DNA from: Candidatus Hydrogenedentales bacterium
Lineage (GTDB): Bacteria > Hydrogenedentota > Hydrogenedentia > Hydrogenedentales > CAITNO01
DNA: 59,770 nucleotides
Direction of reading: 5' to 3'
Assembly (NCBI GenBank): GCA_041859375.1
Contig: JBHEKP010000286.1
Span: 1 to 59,770 of the forward strand
The notes beneath the pieces are model-generated. The model was not told the origin of the DNA and made no database searches. It was given only the letters and a program-made list of their open reading frames with translations. Position 1 is the stretch's first letter. Every line of letters begins with the position of its first letter. The translations under genes were made by a program, and so were the position numbers. This document shows positions 1 to 8,606 of this stretch, in pieces.

Positions 1-1451
1 TTGGCCTGTATCCGGGCCATGCGCTGTTCGAGGGCGGTGCGCCGGGGATTTTCGGCAAAATTGCGGTAGAAGGAGCCCGCATCGCGCATCTTTTCCAGCG
101 TTTCCGCGCACACCCGCGCCGCGCGGCGGAGATCGCGCAACTGGTGCTCCAGATGCTTTGACAATTCGGCGGCGGCCTCCGCGTCGCCGGGGAATTCCCG
201 GTGCCACGACTCCAGCGCCTCAAGGAGTTCGGCAAAGCGGGCGCGCCGCTTGCAGGCGAGGCTGAGCATTTCGAGGCATTCCCTGCGGAGCGGGGTTTCC
301 CTGTTTTCCTCCAGATAGGACTTGGCCAGGGTGACCACCTTGTCATACTGCTTTTTCTTGAAGTGCAGCCGCACCAGGGAAAGCTGGTCCTCGTGGCACT
401 CGAACTCGGAGCCCTCCGGCCGGGAGAGCCGTTCCCCCAGCAGGCCCACCAGGGTGACCATGGACAGGATGTCAAAGCGGTGGTGGTAAAAGACGCCCTC
501 CAGCGGGCGGGCGTCGCGGCTGTGGAGGTATTCAAGCCACAACTGCGGGATGAGATGGCCGGGCACGTCGCCGTGGCGGCGCACGCCGAGCACCTCCCGC
601 TCCAGGTTGCCGAGGCTGCAATCGTTCAGGCGGCGTTTCCAGAAACGGCGGGCTGTGTGCACCAGGTCCAGGTGCAGCGCGCCGTCCAGGGGAAAGGGCA
701 CCCGCTGCTGCACGAAGCGGGTGCGCAGCAGGGGCAGATCAAAACTTTTCCCGTTGAAGCTGACTATGGTGTCGCATTCCCTGAACTCCGCGGCCAGCCA
801 CCGGAGCATGGGCTCCTCGTCGTCGTAGTCGCGCATGAAGCACTGGTCGAGGCGGAACATGCCCTCTTCGGTGAAGCGTCCTATGCCCACCAGGAAGGCA
901 ACGGTGCCCGCGCCTCCGGCCAGACCGGTGGTTTCCGTGTCCATGAAGAAGGAGCGTGCGGGTTTGCATTCCACGAGGGAATTGTCGTTGCCCACCAGCG
1001 CCAGATGCTCGGCACTGCTGGAAAACGCCGCGGCCAGCGGCATGTCCCCGTGCAAATGCTCCACAGGGTATTCATTGCGGAACAGGAAAAAGCCGTCGGC
1101 GGGGTCGCCGATGATTTCCCCGCCCAGCACCCGGTCCACCTCGTGGAGTCCCTTTTTTCGGGGCAGGTCTTCACCCTGCCGTTCCCGTCGCAGGGCCAGT
1201 CCGGACATGAGGCCCAATCGTTCGTTCAGGCGGCGCTTTGACTCGGAGTCAAAAGTCGGTTGGGGTGTTTCTTCAGTATTTTCACCCTTTGAGGCCCCCT
1301 CAAATCCCCCTTCAAGGGGGGGCCCTTTAGAGGGGGGGGCTTTTGGGGTGTTTGGCCGGGGCTTTCCCCTGCCCCCCTCATTTGGGAGTTCGGAGGCGGG
1401 TTTCAGACCCAGCCGTTTGAAGAGTTCCTTTGGGTCCTTGGGGTCAGCCAT
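1..1451 (-). CDS. RNase H-fold DEDD exonuclease with TPR-like helical tail (YprB/MrfB-like); 3' end cut by the window edge
   Basis: Absent from the ORF track because it runs off the left edge. Hand translation of the minus strand from ATG 1451..1449 is open to position 1 (483 codons): MADPKDPKELFKRLGLKP... It contains exonuclease motifs FMDTETTGL, SFNGKSFDLPLL and YHHRFDILS, followed by a helical C-terminal region. Its start overlaps the helicase stop by 8 nt (ATGGCTGA). Confidence 0.75.
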   Translation of the reverse strand, partial: MADPKDPKELFKRLGLKPASELPNEGGRGKPRPNTPKAPPSKGPPLEGGFEGASKGENTEETPQPTFDSESKRRLNERLGLMSGLALRRERQGEDLPRKKGLHEVDRVLGGEIIGDPADGFFLFRNEYPVEHLHGDMPLAAAFSSSAEHLALVGNDNSLVECKPARSFFMDTETTGLAGGAGTVAFLVGIGRFTEEGMFRLDQCFMRDYDDEEPMLRWLAAEFRECDTIVSFNGKSFDLPLLRTRFVQQRVPFPLDGALHLDLVHTARRFWKRRLNDCSLGNLEREVLGVRRHGDVPGHLIPQLWLEYLHSRDARPLEGVFYHHRFDILSMVTLVGLLGERLSRPEGSEFECHEDQLSLVRLHFKKKQYDKVVTLAKSYLEENRETPLRRECLEMLSLACKRRARFAELLEALESWHREFPGDAEAAAELSKHLEHQLRDLRRAARVCAETLEKMRDAGSFYRNFAENPRRTALEQRMARIQA

Positions 1452-3744
1452 GGGCCGCCTCCGGTGGAACGGTGTTTTCGAGCGCCCGTTTGGCCAGCAG
1501 GAGCGCGCCCTTTTTGCCGTAAATGCCCGATTCCACCGCCGGACCCACGCAGCTTGGGCATCCCTCGCCGCATGGACAGCCGGCCAGGAGGGACACGGCC
1601 GCCTGGAGGAGCCGTTCATGGTGGGTGAACAGTTTGTCCGCAAAACCCACCCCGCCCGGATAGGTTTCATAGAGGAACACGGACGGTTTTTCCGAGACCG
1701 GCGCGCGCAGCATGGCCTGGGCGCGGATGTCCCCCAAATCGCAAAGCACGTGTACCGGAGCCACCTGGCGCAGCGCGCTGGCGAGCCCGTTCAGTGCCGC
1801 GCCCAACTGGTCCTTGTCCAGGCCAAGCTCCTCCGCCGTGCCGTCGTCATACTCAATCCAGTAGCCCGTGGTGTGCATGGTCTGCTCGGGCAGGTGGATT
1901 TCCCCCCACCCCACATTCTCATGGGTGCCGAATTTTATTTTCTTGTAGATGGTGGGCAGCCAGGTGACGCTCAGTTCCCCGGAGCATTTCATCCACTTCG
2001 CGCCCGGCTGCTCCCTGAAACGGTCCATCACCTTCAGATCCACCTTTGTCTCCGCGTCGGTGTAATAGTCCACCTCCACCGGTTTCGCGTGGGCCTTTCT
2101 GTTTTCCAGGTCCAGCTCCTCAATGATGTACTGGCGGGTCTCGTGCAGGTACACCGCGTTCTGGTACACCTCGGTGGGCGCGGCGAAATAGTCAATTTCG
2201 CCGATGACCCGGCCGTTGTCGCTCATGTCGATGATGACCACGTTGCCCGGCGCGGCCGTGCGCAGGCTGATGTCCGTGGCCGGGTAGGTTTCCGCGCTCC
2301 AGTGCCATTTGTCGCGCGCCTTGCGCAGGATGCGGCAGTCCGCCAGGTAGTCCAGCAGTTCGGCGGTGGAATGGGCGTCCACGCCGAAGGACTCCCCCTC
2401 AACGAAGGGGAGCTCGAAGGCCGCGCACTTCACATGGCTGGCCAGGATGAAGAGGTTGTTGGGATCCACCGTGCCGTGTTCGGGCGGCTGGTCGAAGAAG
2501 TACTCCGGATGGGCCACAATGTACTGATCCAGCGGCGCGCTGGTGGCCACGAGCACCACGAGCGCCACGTTGTTGCGCCGCCCGGCCCGGCCCGCCTGCT
2601 GCCAGGTGCTGGCCACGCTTCCGGCGTAGCCGGTCATGATGCACACGTCCAGCGAGCCGATGTCTATGCCGAGTTCCAGCGCGTTGGTGCTGACCACGGT
2701 CATCACCTTTCCCTCGCGCAGCCCCTGCTCGATTTCCCGGCGCTCGGTGGGCAGGTAGCCGCCCCGGTAGCCGCGCACCAGCCGGTCATCCCTGCCCATG
2801 CGGCGCACCGCCTCCCTCAGGTAGGTGGTGATGATTTCCACGCGCAGTCGGCTCCGGGCGAAAACGATGGACTGGATGTCCCGTGAGAGAAGGCTGATGG
2901 CGAGTTTGCTGGCCTGCTTCACCGAGGAGGCGCGTATGCCCAGTTCCCTGTTCACCACGGGCGGATTGTAGAACAGGAAATGCTTCTCCCCCGCCGGTGC
3001 GCCGTTGTTGTCCACGAGGCGCACCGTATCCTCGATCAGGTTTTCCGCCATCTCCTTCGGGTTGGCGATGGTGGCGCTGCAGCAGATGAACCGGGGATTG
3101 GCGCCGTAAAACCGGCAGATGCGCTTCAGGCGGCGGATGACATTGGCCAGGTGGCTCCCAAAAACCCCGCGGTAATGGTGAACCTCGTCCACCACCACGA
3201 ATTCCAGGTTTTCAAAGAGGCGAATCCAGATGGTGTGGTGCGGGAGGATGCCCGTGTGCAGCATGTCCGGGTTGGTCACCACGATATGCCCTGCACTCCG
3301 CACCGCCTTGCGCGCGCTGGCCGGGGTGTCCCCGTCAAAGGTGTAAGTGCCAATCTTCACCTCCAGCGCGTCAATTGTGGAGGTTAACTCTGAAACCTGA
3401 TCCTGTCCGAGCGCCTTGGTGGGGAAAAGGTACAGGGCGCGGGCGTTGGGGTTGGTCATGAGCCGGTTCAGCACGGGAATGTTGTAGCAAAGTGTTTTGC
3501 CCGAGGCGGTGGGGGTCACCACGCACACATTCTCACCGCCCAACACAGCCGCCACCGCCTCACTCTGATGCGAATACAAACGATGAATGCCCCTTCGTGC
3601 ATACCCTTCAACCAGTTTGGGGTGGATTCCGGGGGGGAAATCGGCATACACAGGCGAACGCTCTGGCAGTGTCTTCCATGCGGTCAGATTGGCGCGAAAA
3701 TCCTCATCCCGCCGCAGTTTATCAATGATCTGTGAAGTGTTCAT
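1444..3744 (-). CDS. DEAD/DEAH-box helicase with C-terminal DUF1998 zinc-ribbon-like Cys cluster (YprA/MrfA-like)
   Basis: 766-aa ORF with motif I VTPTASGKTLCYN, motif II VVDEVHHYRG, TNALELGIDIG, motif VI QQAGRAGRR, and C-terminal CPCGEGCPSC. Confidence 0.9.
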   Translation of the reverse strand: MNTSQIIDKLRRDEDFRANLTAWKTLPERSPVYADFPPGIHPKLVEGYARRGIHRLYSHQSEAVAAVLGGENVCVVTPTASGKTLCYNIPVLNRLMTNPNARALYLFPTKALGQDQVSELTSTIDALEVKIGTYTFDGDTPASARKAVRSAGHIVVTNPDMLHTGILPHHTIWIRLFENLEFVVVDEVHHYRGVFGSHLANVIRRLKRICRFYGANPRFICCSATIANPKEMAENLIEDTVRLVDNNGAPAGEKHFLFYNPPVVNRELGIRASSVKQASKLAISLLSRDIQSIVFARSRLRVEIITTYLREAVRRMGRDDRLVRGYRGGYLPTERREIEQGLREGKVMTVVSTNALELGIDIGSLDVCIMTGYAGSVASTWQQAGRAGRRNNVALVVLVATSAPLDQYIVAHPEYFFDQPPEHGTVDPNNLFILASHVKCAAFELPFVEGESFGVDAHSTAELLDYLADCRILRKARDKWHWSAETYPATDISLRTAAPGNVVIIDMSDNGRVIGEIDYFAAPTEVYQNAVYLHETRQYIIEELDLENRKAHAKPVEVDYYTDAETKVDLKVMDRFREQPGAKWMKCSGELSVTWLPTIYKKIKFGTHENVGWGEIHLPEQTMHTTGYWIEYDDGTAEELGLDKDQLGAALNGLASALRQVAPVHVLCDLGDIRAQAMLRAPVSEKPSVFLYETYPGGVGFADKLFTHHERLLQAAVSLLAGCPCGEGCPSCVGPAVESGIYGKKGALLLAKRALENTVPPEAAHG

Positions 3745-3859
3745 GGTAAAACGGCCCTGATTTTATCTGAATATATCATCAGTTATGCGATGGTTCAAGT
3801 GTTAAGAAACGGGAAATTATTGAAAATCGGCTTTCTCGAAAATAATGGCCGTTGCCTAT

Positions 3860-3887
3860 TTGAAAAACATGAGGCTTGTGATAAAAT
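3860..3887 (+). promoter_or_regulatory. Candidate sigma70-type promoter for the response regulator gene
   Basis: TTGAAA (3860..3865), 16-nt spacer, TAAAAT (3882..3887), inside a roughly 200-bp AT-rich divergent intergenic region. Confidence 0.3.
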
Positions 3888-3962
3888 AAATTTGAAGTTG
3901 CAAAAAAGTACCAACGGTTACTTTGCGCAAATGTCAAAGTCAAGTGGGTGAGGACTAGGGTT

Positions 3963-4412
3963 ATGGGTTGGTTGTTCGGGCATCGCATGAAAGATGGCGC
4001 TGGAAAGAAACCTATGGTGACCCTGAAGAAAAAAGTCCTCATCATTGATGATGACAAGCTGGTGAGCCAGAAGATAGAGCACCTGATGTGCGGCGCGGGA
4101 TGGGACGCCGAGGAGGTGCTTCATGCGGAGGATGTGGTGATGATGGCGGAGCACACGCTGCCGGATTTGATCATTCTGGACACCGCGGCAAGGGGTTTCG
4201 ACGGTTACGCGATATTCAAAACCCTGCGCGACTCCCCAAAGACGGGAAGGATCCCCATCATCGCCCTTATTGACCCCGATCATGACGACGGCGTGAAATA
4301 CACCCCCGATGATTTCGAGGCGGCCTTTGATGTGCGCGCCCCCGAGGGGGTGATTGACAAGCCGGTGGATCCGAGGTTCCTGATGACCTGCGTCAACGGC
4401 GTCGCCGGCTGA
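3963..4412 (+). CDS. Single-domain CheY-like response regulator (receiver only)
   Basis: KKVLIIDDD, phospho-acceptor context LIILDTAARGFDG, and PIIALID. The track ORF starts at GTG 3948. ATG 3963 has GAGG 9 nt upstream, and ATG 4014 is also possible. Confidence 0.8.
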   Translation: MGWLFGHRMKDGAGKKPMVTLKKKVLIIDDDKLVSQKIEHLMCGAGWDAEEVLHAEDVVMMAEHTLPDLIILDTAARGFDGYAIFKTLRDSPKTGRIPIIALIDPDHDDGVKYTPDDFEAAFDVRAPEGVIDKPVDPRFLMTCVNGVAG

Positions 4413-4421
4413 AACAGGCCG

Positions 4422-5747
4422 TCACTTCATCCCCGCCCAGTATTTTTTCACATACCCAAGCGCCTCCCCCCTGTCCTTTACCCCCCCTTCAAGCTGTTTC
4501 TCCCTCACCGCATCCAGGATTTCCCTGAAGACCGGCCCGGGAGCGAGGCCCATGGCCTTCAAATCATCCCCTGTGACCAGGGGGGGCGGCAGTGCGGGGC
4601 CCTCCGCAAGGGAGCCCAGGTAGTTTTCAATCCATTCCAGCGTTGACAGATCGCCGTGGCTTGCCAAACAGTCCATGCGCGCGAGGGTCAGCAACTCGCC
4701 AAAGCCCTCCTCGGCGGCAAATGCGCGACGCTTCGCCTCGCGCATTTCGGGAAAGGCGGCCACGCGCATGTGCTGGGCCACCAGCCAAACAATCCGTCCG
4801 GTTTCAGCATTGGAAAAACGGAGGCGCGCGCACAGATCCCTCGCCAGGACCGCCCCGCGCTTCTCATGAAAATTGAAGCGGATGCGGTCCTCATGGGTCT
4901 GGGTCGCGGGTTTGCCCGCGTCGTGCAGGAGGGCGCCCATGGCCAGGGTGACGGTGCAGTCCTTCGGGAGCAGGGCGAGCATTTGCAGCGTGTGCGTGAG
5001 GACATCACCCTCCGGGTGGAACTGGGGCGGCTGCTCCACCCCCTTCATGGCGGCCACTTCCGGAAGCACAACGCCGAGCAGGCCGGTTTCATCAAGCAGT
5101 TCAAAGGCGCGCCGCGCGGTTCCACCGGTGAGCATTTTTACCAGTTCGTCCCGAATTCTTTCCATGCTGGAAAAAGCGGCCAGGGTGCGGCGGTTTTCGA
5201 CAACCGCCCTCAAGGTGGACGCTTCCATGGAAAATCCAAGCCGCGCCGAAAAGCGGACCGCCCGGAGAAGGCGGAGATGGTCCTCGGCAAAGCGCGCGCC
5301 GGGATCCCCCACGGCGCGCAGCACGCCCGCCTCCAAATCAGCCACCCCGCCCACATAATCGATCACCGCATCCGTCTCCGGATCAAGAAACAGCGCGTTC
5401 ACTGTGAAATCACGGCGTTGCGCGTCCTCCCGCTCGCCTGTGAACACGACCCCGGAGGGGTGGCGGCCGTCCAGGTAGGGGCCGTCATTCCTGAAGGTGG
5501 TGACCTCATAGGGCCCCTCCGGAAGAATGACCAGCACGGTGCCAAAATCAACACCCACGGGCACGGTCCTGGGGAAAAGGGCCATCACTCCGGCGGGCGG
5601 CGCGCTTGTGGCAATGTCATAATCGGAGGGGACCACGCCCATCATCCGGTCGCGCACGCAGCCCCCCGCAAAAAGGGCCCGGTGTCCCGCGTCCCTGAGA
5701 ACGGCGCAGATTCTCCTCGCCCCCGATTCAAGTCCCGATTCAGGCAT
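4422..5747 (-). CDS. cca: CCA-adding tRNA nucleotidyltransferase / poly(A) polymerase family protein with HD domain
   Basis: GGCVRDRMMG and DYDIATSA nucleotidyltransferase motifs, plus LLHDAGKP (HD). Start chosen at ATG 5747 (MPESGLE...), which overlaps the upstream stop by 8 nt (ATGCCTGA). The N-terminal extension of the 509-aa track ORF is Arg/Pro/Cys-rich and implausible. Confidence 0.85.
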   Translation of the reverse strand: MPESGLESGARRICAVLRDAGHRALFAGGCVRDRMMGVVPSDYDIATSAPPAGVMALFPRTVPVGVDFGTVLVILPEGPYEVTTFRNDGPYLDGRHPSGVVFTGEREDAQRRDFTVNALFLDPETDAVIDYVGGVADLEAGVLRAVGDPGARFAEDHLRLLRAVRFSARLGFSMEASTLRAVVENRRTLAAFSSMERIRDELVKMLTGGTARRAFELLDETGLLGVVLPEVAAMKGVEQPPQFHPEGDVLTHTLQMLALLPKDCTVTLAMGALLHDAGKPATQTHEDRIRFNFHEKRGAVLARDLCARLRFSNAETGRIVWLVAQHMRVAAFPEMREAKRRAFAAEEGFGELLTLARMDCLASHGDLSTLEWIENYLGSLAEGPALPPPLVTGDDLKAMGLAPGPVFREILDAVREKQLEGGVKDRGEALGYVKKYWAGMK

Positions 5748-8025
5748 GCCGCCCCTCACCCCTGTGCCCGGCGAAATACCGGCGCGTTCCGGCCAGCACC
5801 GACAGGAAAAACACCAGCGCGAAAAGGGCGAACCGGCCGCCGGATACGGAGGCAAGGAAAGTGTCCCGGACGGGATAGGCCGAAACGAGTGAGGCAACCG
5901 CAAGCAGCACCGCGGCGGCGGACCACCCCAAGTCCCCCAACAACGCCCCAAAATAAGCCACCACTGCGGCCGACGCCATCCACCCCACAGGCGTCATTTC
6001 CGCGGAACACCAGGAGAAGGAGGCCATGGCAAGGGCCGCAGCCATGGCGAGAGAAAGGAAAAATCCCGAGAAAAGGAGGGCCGACCGGGCCCGGGCGTGC
6101 CCCAGGTCGTGCGAGACAAAAAGACGCTGGCCCGCGGCGATGAGCGCCCCGGTGAGAACCCACATGCCAAACACCGGAGCCGCGCCCGGATTCGGCGCCT
6201 GGAAATTAAGCACAATGGGAACGCACACCGCCGCAACCATCGCCGTCCAGCCGGACAGGACCATTCCGGAGAAACGGCCCAGCCGCCCGAAGAGCAGGAG
6301 CGCCAGTCCGGCCGCCGCCGCGCAGGGCATGAACAGGGGCGCCGCGTGCCCGGTTTGGAGAAACGGCGCAAGCGCCACGGCGGCGGCGGAAAGGGAGGGC
6401 AGCGCCGATACCAGGTAGTGATCCCATTCATCCCAGCCGCCGCGGCGCACCCTGCCGAGGAAAGTTTCCCATCCGGCGCAGCCCGCGAGGGATGCCGCCC
6501 CGACAAGCAGGGAAGGCCCAAACGACCCGGGTTGCAGCAGTCCCTGCCAGTAATAGAGGTGGACTGCGAGGTGGGACGCGAGAAAGAGAACCATGGAGGA
6601 GGAGGAGGCCACGGGGGAATTAAACACAAGCGCAAGGCCGGTAACCGAAAGCCCCATGGCGGCAAGCATCAGCGGCAGCACGGGATCCCCCCCCCACTCG
6701 CCCAGCGCCCGCATGACAAGCAGCATGGACACGCCGAAGGAGGCCAGCACGGCCAGGCCCAATCCCCGCGCGGCGGCGGATGCGCGGCCGCCCCGCTCCC
6801 ATCGTTTTTCGGACAGGACGGCGGTTGAAAAAAGAAGCACCGCCTGGACAATCCCCGCGAGCCATTCGCTGTCCAGACGCAGCCAGCCCAGCCAGGCGGA
6901 GGCCTCTCCGGGGGTGCCTAGTCCTAGTGACAGGGAGAGCACCGCGAGCGCTGCGGCCGCGAAATACAAAAAATCCCGGGAATAGTTGAACAGTGGTGAA
7001 ACAGCGGCGCATACCAGCGCCACCGCCGCAAGCATGAGCCCCACCACCGAATTCGAGGGGGAGAAAAAGACAGCCCCCGCCAGGGCGGCCACGGCACAAA
7101 CCAAAAACACCCGTTCAAATCCGCGTCCGTTTCCCGAGCGGGATGCGGCGGCAAGACCAAGCGCAAACCAAAGAACCGCACATCCGCCATAAAGCGGCAG
7201 AAAGAGTCCGGGGGCTCCCCTGGAAAGAAGAAGATGGGCGGTTACAAGAAATAGGGCGCAGTTCAACCCGATCAGCAGTCCCAGTCCTTTGGCTTTTCCC
7301 GAAAGGAAATCGTCCCCGGCGGGGGCCATGGCGACAAGGGCGGTGACCGCCTGTGACAACAATAAAAAGAAAAAGAAGGTTTCAGGGGCCACCGGTGAAA
7401 CCGGCCTGCCAAAATCCAGGAAAAGAACCAGCAGGCAGAAGAGATGGAAATAGAGAAATGAAATCCACAACGGCAGCCGCCGCCGCGCAAGCAAAAAAAG
7501 CAAAAAGGCGCCGGCAAGGGACGCCATGGGTATTGCGCCCAGTGCGGCAAAACCCAGCGATTCCATAAGGGCGGCCCTGTCCCGGACGCACAAGGACAAA
7601 AGGGTGAGCATTGGAAAAACAGCGGCGAGTTCGGTCTTTTTCCAGTATGAGGCGATAAACGCAAAAACGAGACAGGACAAGACCACCACCAGTCCCGGAA
7701 GAGACGGGCCAATGAGGGGGAAATTGCCCATCAAAAAGGCGGCGTACGCCAGAAAGACAGATGCTGAAAGCCCCAATGAGAACGCCAGATTCATGAACAG
7801 GCGTTCCGGTCTTGCAAAGGCCAGCCCCGCAAGAACCACTGGAAACGCCAGGGCGAATCCGGTCAGGATGCGGGGGGCCGACAAATCCCCCCCCTCCCCC
7901 ACCCAAGCCCAACCGGCCCACCCCGTGAGACCCAGAAGCAGAACCCCCGCAACTTCATGGAGAAACGGGTGCCCTGAGGCGGTGGTTTTGGAGTTTTCCT
8001 CGGGGGGGGGCTGTGGGGAGTTCAT
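5740..8025 (-). CDS. Large polytopic integral membrane protein of unknown function
   Basis: About 760 aa, almost entirely hydrophobic helices rich in L/A/G/F. Start at ATG 8025 forms an ATGA overlap with the engB stop; the alternative start is 8052. Confidence 0.7.
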   Translation of the reverse strand: MNSPQPPPEENSKTTASGHPFLHEVAGVLLLGLTGWAGWAWVGEGGDLSAPRILTGFALAFPVVLAGLAFARPERLFMNLAFSLGLSASVFLAYAAFLMGNFPLIGPSLPGLVVVLSCLVFAFIASYWKKTELAAVFPMLTLLSLCVRDRAALMESLGFAALGAIPMASLAGAFLLFLLARRRLPLWISFLYFHLFCLLVLFLDFGRPVSPVAPETFFFFLLLSQAVTALVAMAPAGDDFLSGKAKGLGLLIGLNCALFLVTAHLLLSRGAPGLFLPLYGGCAVLWFALGLAAASRSGNGRGFERVFLVCAVAALAGAVFFSPSNSVVGLMLAAVALVCAAVSPLFNYSRDFLYFAAAALAVLSLSLGLGTPGEASAWLGWLRLDSEWLAGIVQAVLLFSTAVLSEKRWERGGRASAAARGLGLAVLASFGVSMLLVMRALGEWGGDPVLPLMLAAMGLSVTGLALVFNSPVASSSSMVLFLASHLAVHLYYWQGLLQPGSFGPSLLVGAASLAGCAGWETFLGRVRRGGWDEWDHYLVSALPSLSAAAVALAPFLQTGHAAPLFMPCAAAAGLALLLFGRLGRFSGMVLSGWTAMVAAVCVPIVLNFQAPNPGAAPVFGMWVLTGALIAAGQRLFVSHDLGHARARSALLFSGFFLSLAMAAALAMASFSWCSAEMTPVGWMASAAVVAYFGALLGDLGWSAAAVLLAVASLVSAYPVRDTFLASVSGGRFALFALVFFLSVLAGTRRYFAGHRGEGRHA

Positions 8026-8606
8026 GCCAGAACCTCCCCGATTATCTGCCAAAGTTCCCTTGAACCGTCGCCGGTGACGGCGGAAAAAGGCACCACGACA
8101 GCCTCCTTGTCCAGTCCCAGTTCACGGCGTATCAGGGCCAGACTGGCATTTAACTGGTTTTTTGAAAGCTTGTCGGATTTCGTGGCAACCACCAGCGTCG
8201 GCACGGCGGACTCTTCGAGCATGTCCAGCATTTCCTGGTCGTTGGCGCTTGGCGCGTGCCGCGCGTCGAGGAGGACAACGGCGAGTTTCAACTGCCCGCG
8301 CGCCGTGAGATACTGGTGCATCAGCCTGTTCCAGGCGTCCTTGATGTCTTTGGGCACCTTGGCGAAACCATAACCCGGCAGATCCACAAAATAGCAGCGT
8401 TTGTTGACCTCAAAAAAATTGATGGTTTGCGTTTTTCCCGGCCTTGAACTGGTTCTGGCCAGCTCCTTCCGGTGAAAGAGGGTGTTGAGCAGGGACGATT
8501 TCCCGACGTTTGACCGGCCCACAAAGGCCACCTCGGGTTTCCCGTCTTTTGGGAAGTGGCCGCTTTGCATCGCGCTCAGGCAAAAATTCACTTCCGAAAG
8601 TTTCAT
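8022..8606 (-). CDS. engB: Ribosome-biogenesis GTPase EngB/YsxC/YihA
   Basis: G1 GRSNVGKSSLLN, G3 DLPGYG, G4 TKSDK. Size is 194 aa. ATGA overlap with the lon stop at 8603..8606. Confidence 0.9.
   Translation of the reverse strand: MKLSEVNFCLSAMQSGHFPKDGKPEVAFVGRSNVGKSSLLNTLFHRKELARTSSRPGKTQTINFFEVNKRCYFVDLPGYGFAKVPKDIKDAWNRLMHQYLTARGQLKLAVVLLDARHAPSANDQEMLDMLEESAVPTLVVATKSDKLSKNQLNASLALIRRELGLDKEAVVVPFSAVTGDGSRELWQIIGEVLA

Noticed and set aside
835-2886. 683-aa + strand ORF, along with 201..1241, antisense to the helicase/exonuclease genes
   Set aside because: The products are Arg/Ala/Gly/His/Pro-rich, poor in Lys/Ile/Asn/Tyr and carry no motifs. The opposite strand encodes clear helicase and exonuclease motifs. 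These are typical shadow ORFs of GC-rich DNA.
1444-3744. DISARM-like or other defence system built on the DUF1998 helicase
   Set aside because: The coupled partner is an RNase-H-fold exonuclease, as in the YprA/YprB repair pair. No methyltransferase, PLD nuclease or separate DUF1998 gene is present on the visible side.
4656-6143. 495-aa + strand ORF antisense to cca and the membrane protein
   Set aside because: It has shadow-ORF composition (Arg/Gly/Pro/His-rich), and the opposite strand carries recognisable nucleotidyltransferase and HD motifs.
8002-8010. Homopolymer runs as phase-variation switches: G9 at 8002..8010 just after the membrane-protein start, a C9 run at 19810..19818, a G8 run around 1330, C8 at 59612..59619 and A9 at 26012..26020
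   Set aside because: The coding runs simply encode Pro-Pro-Pro or Gly-Gly. One sits in the essential ruvB gene, so they appear to be a general feature of this GC-rich genome rather than contingency loci.
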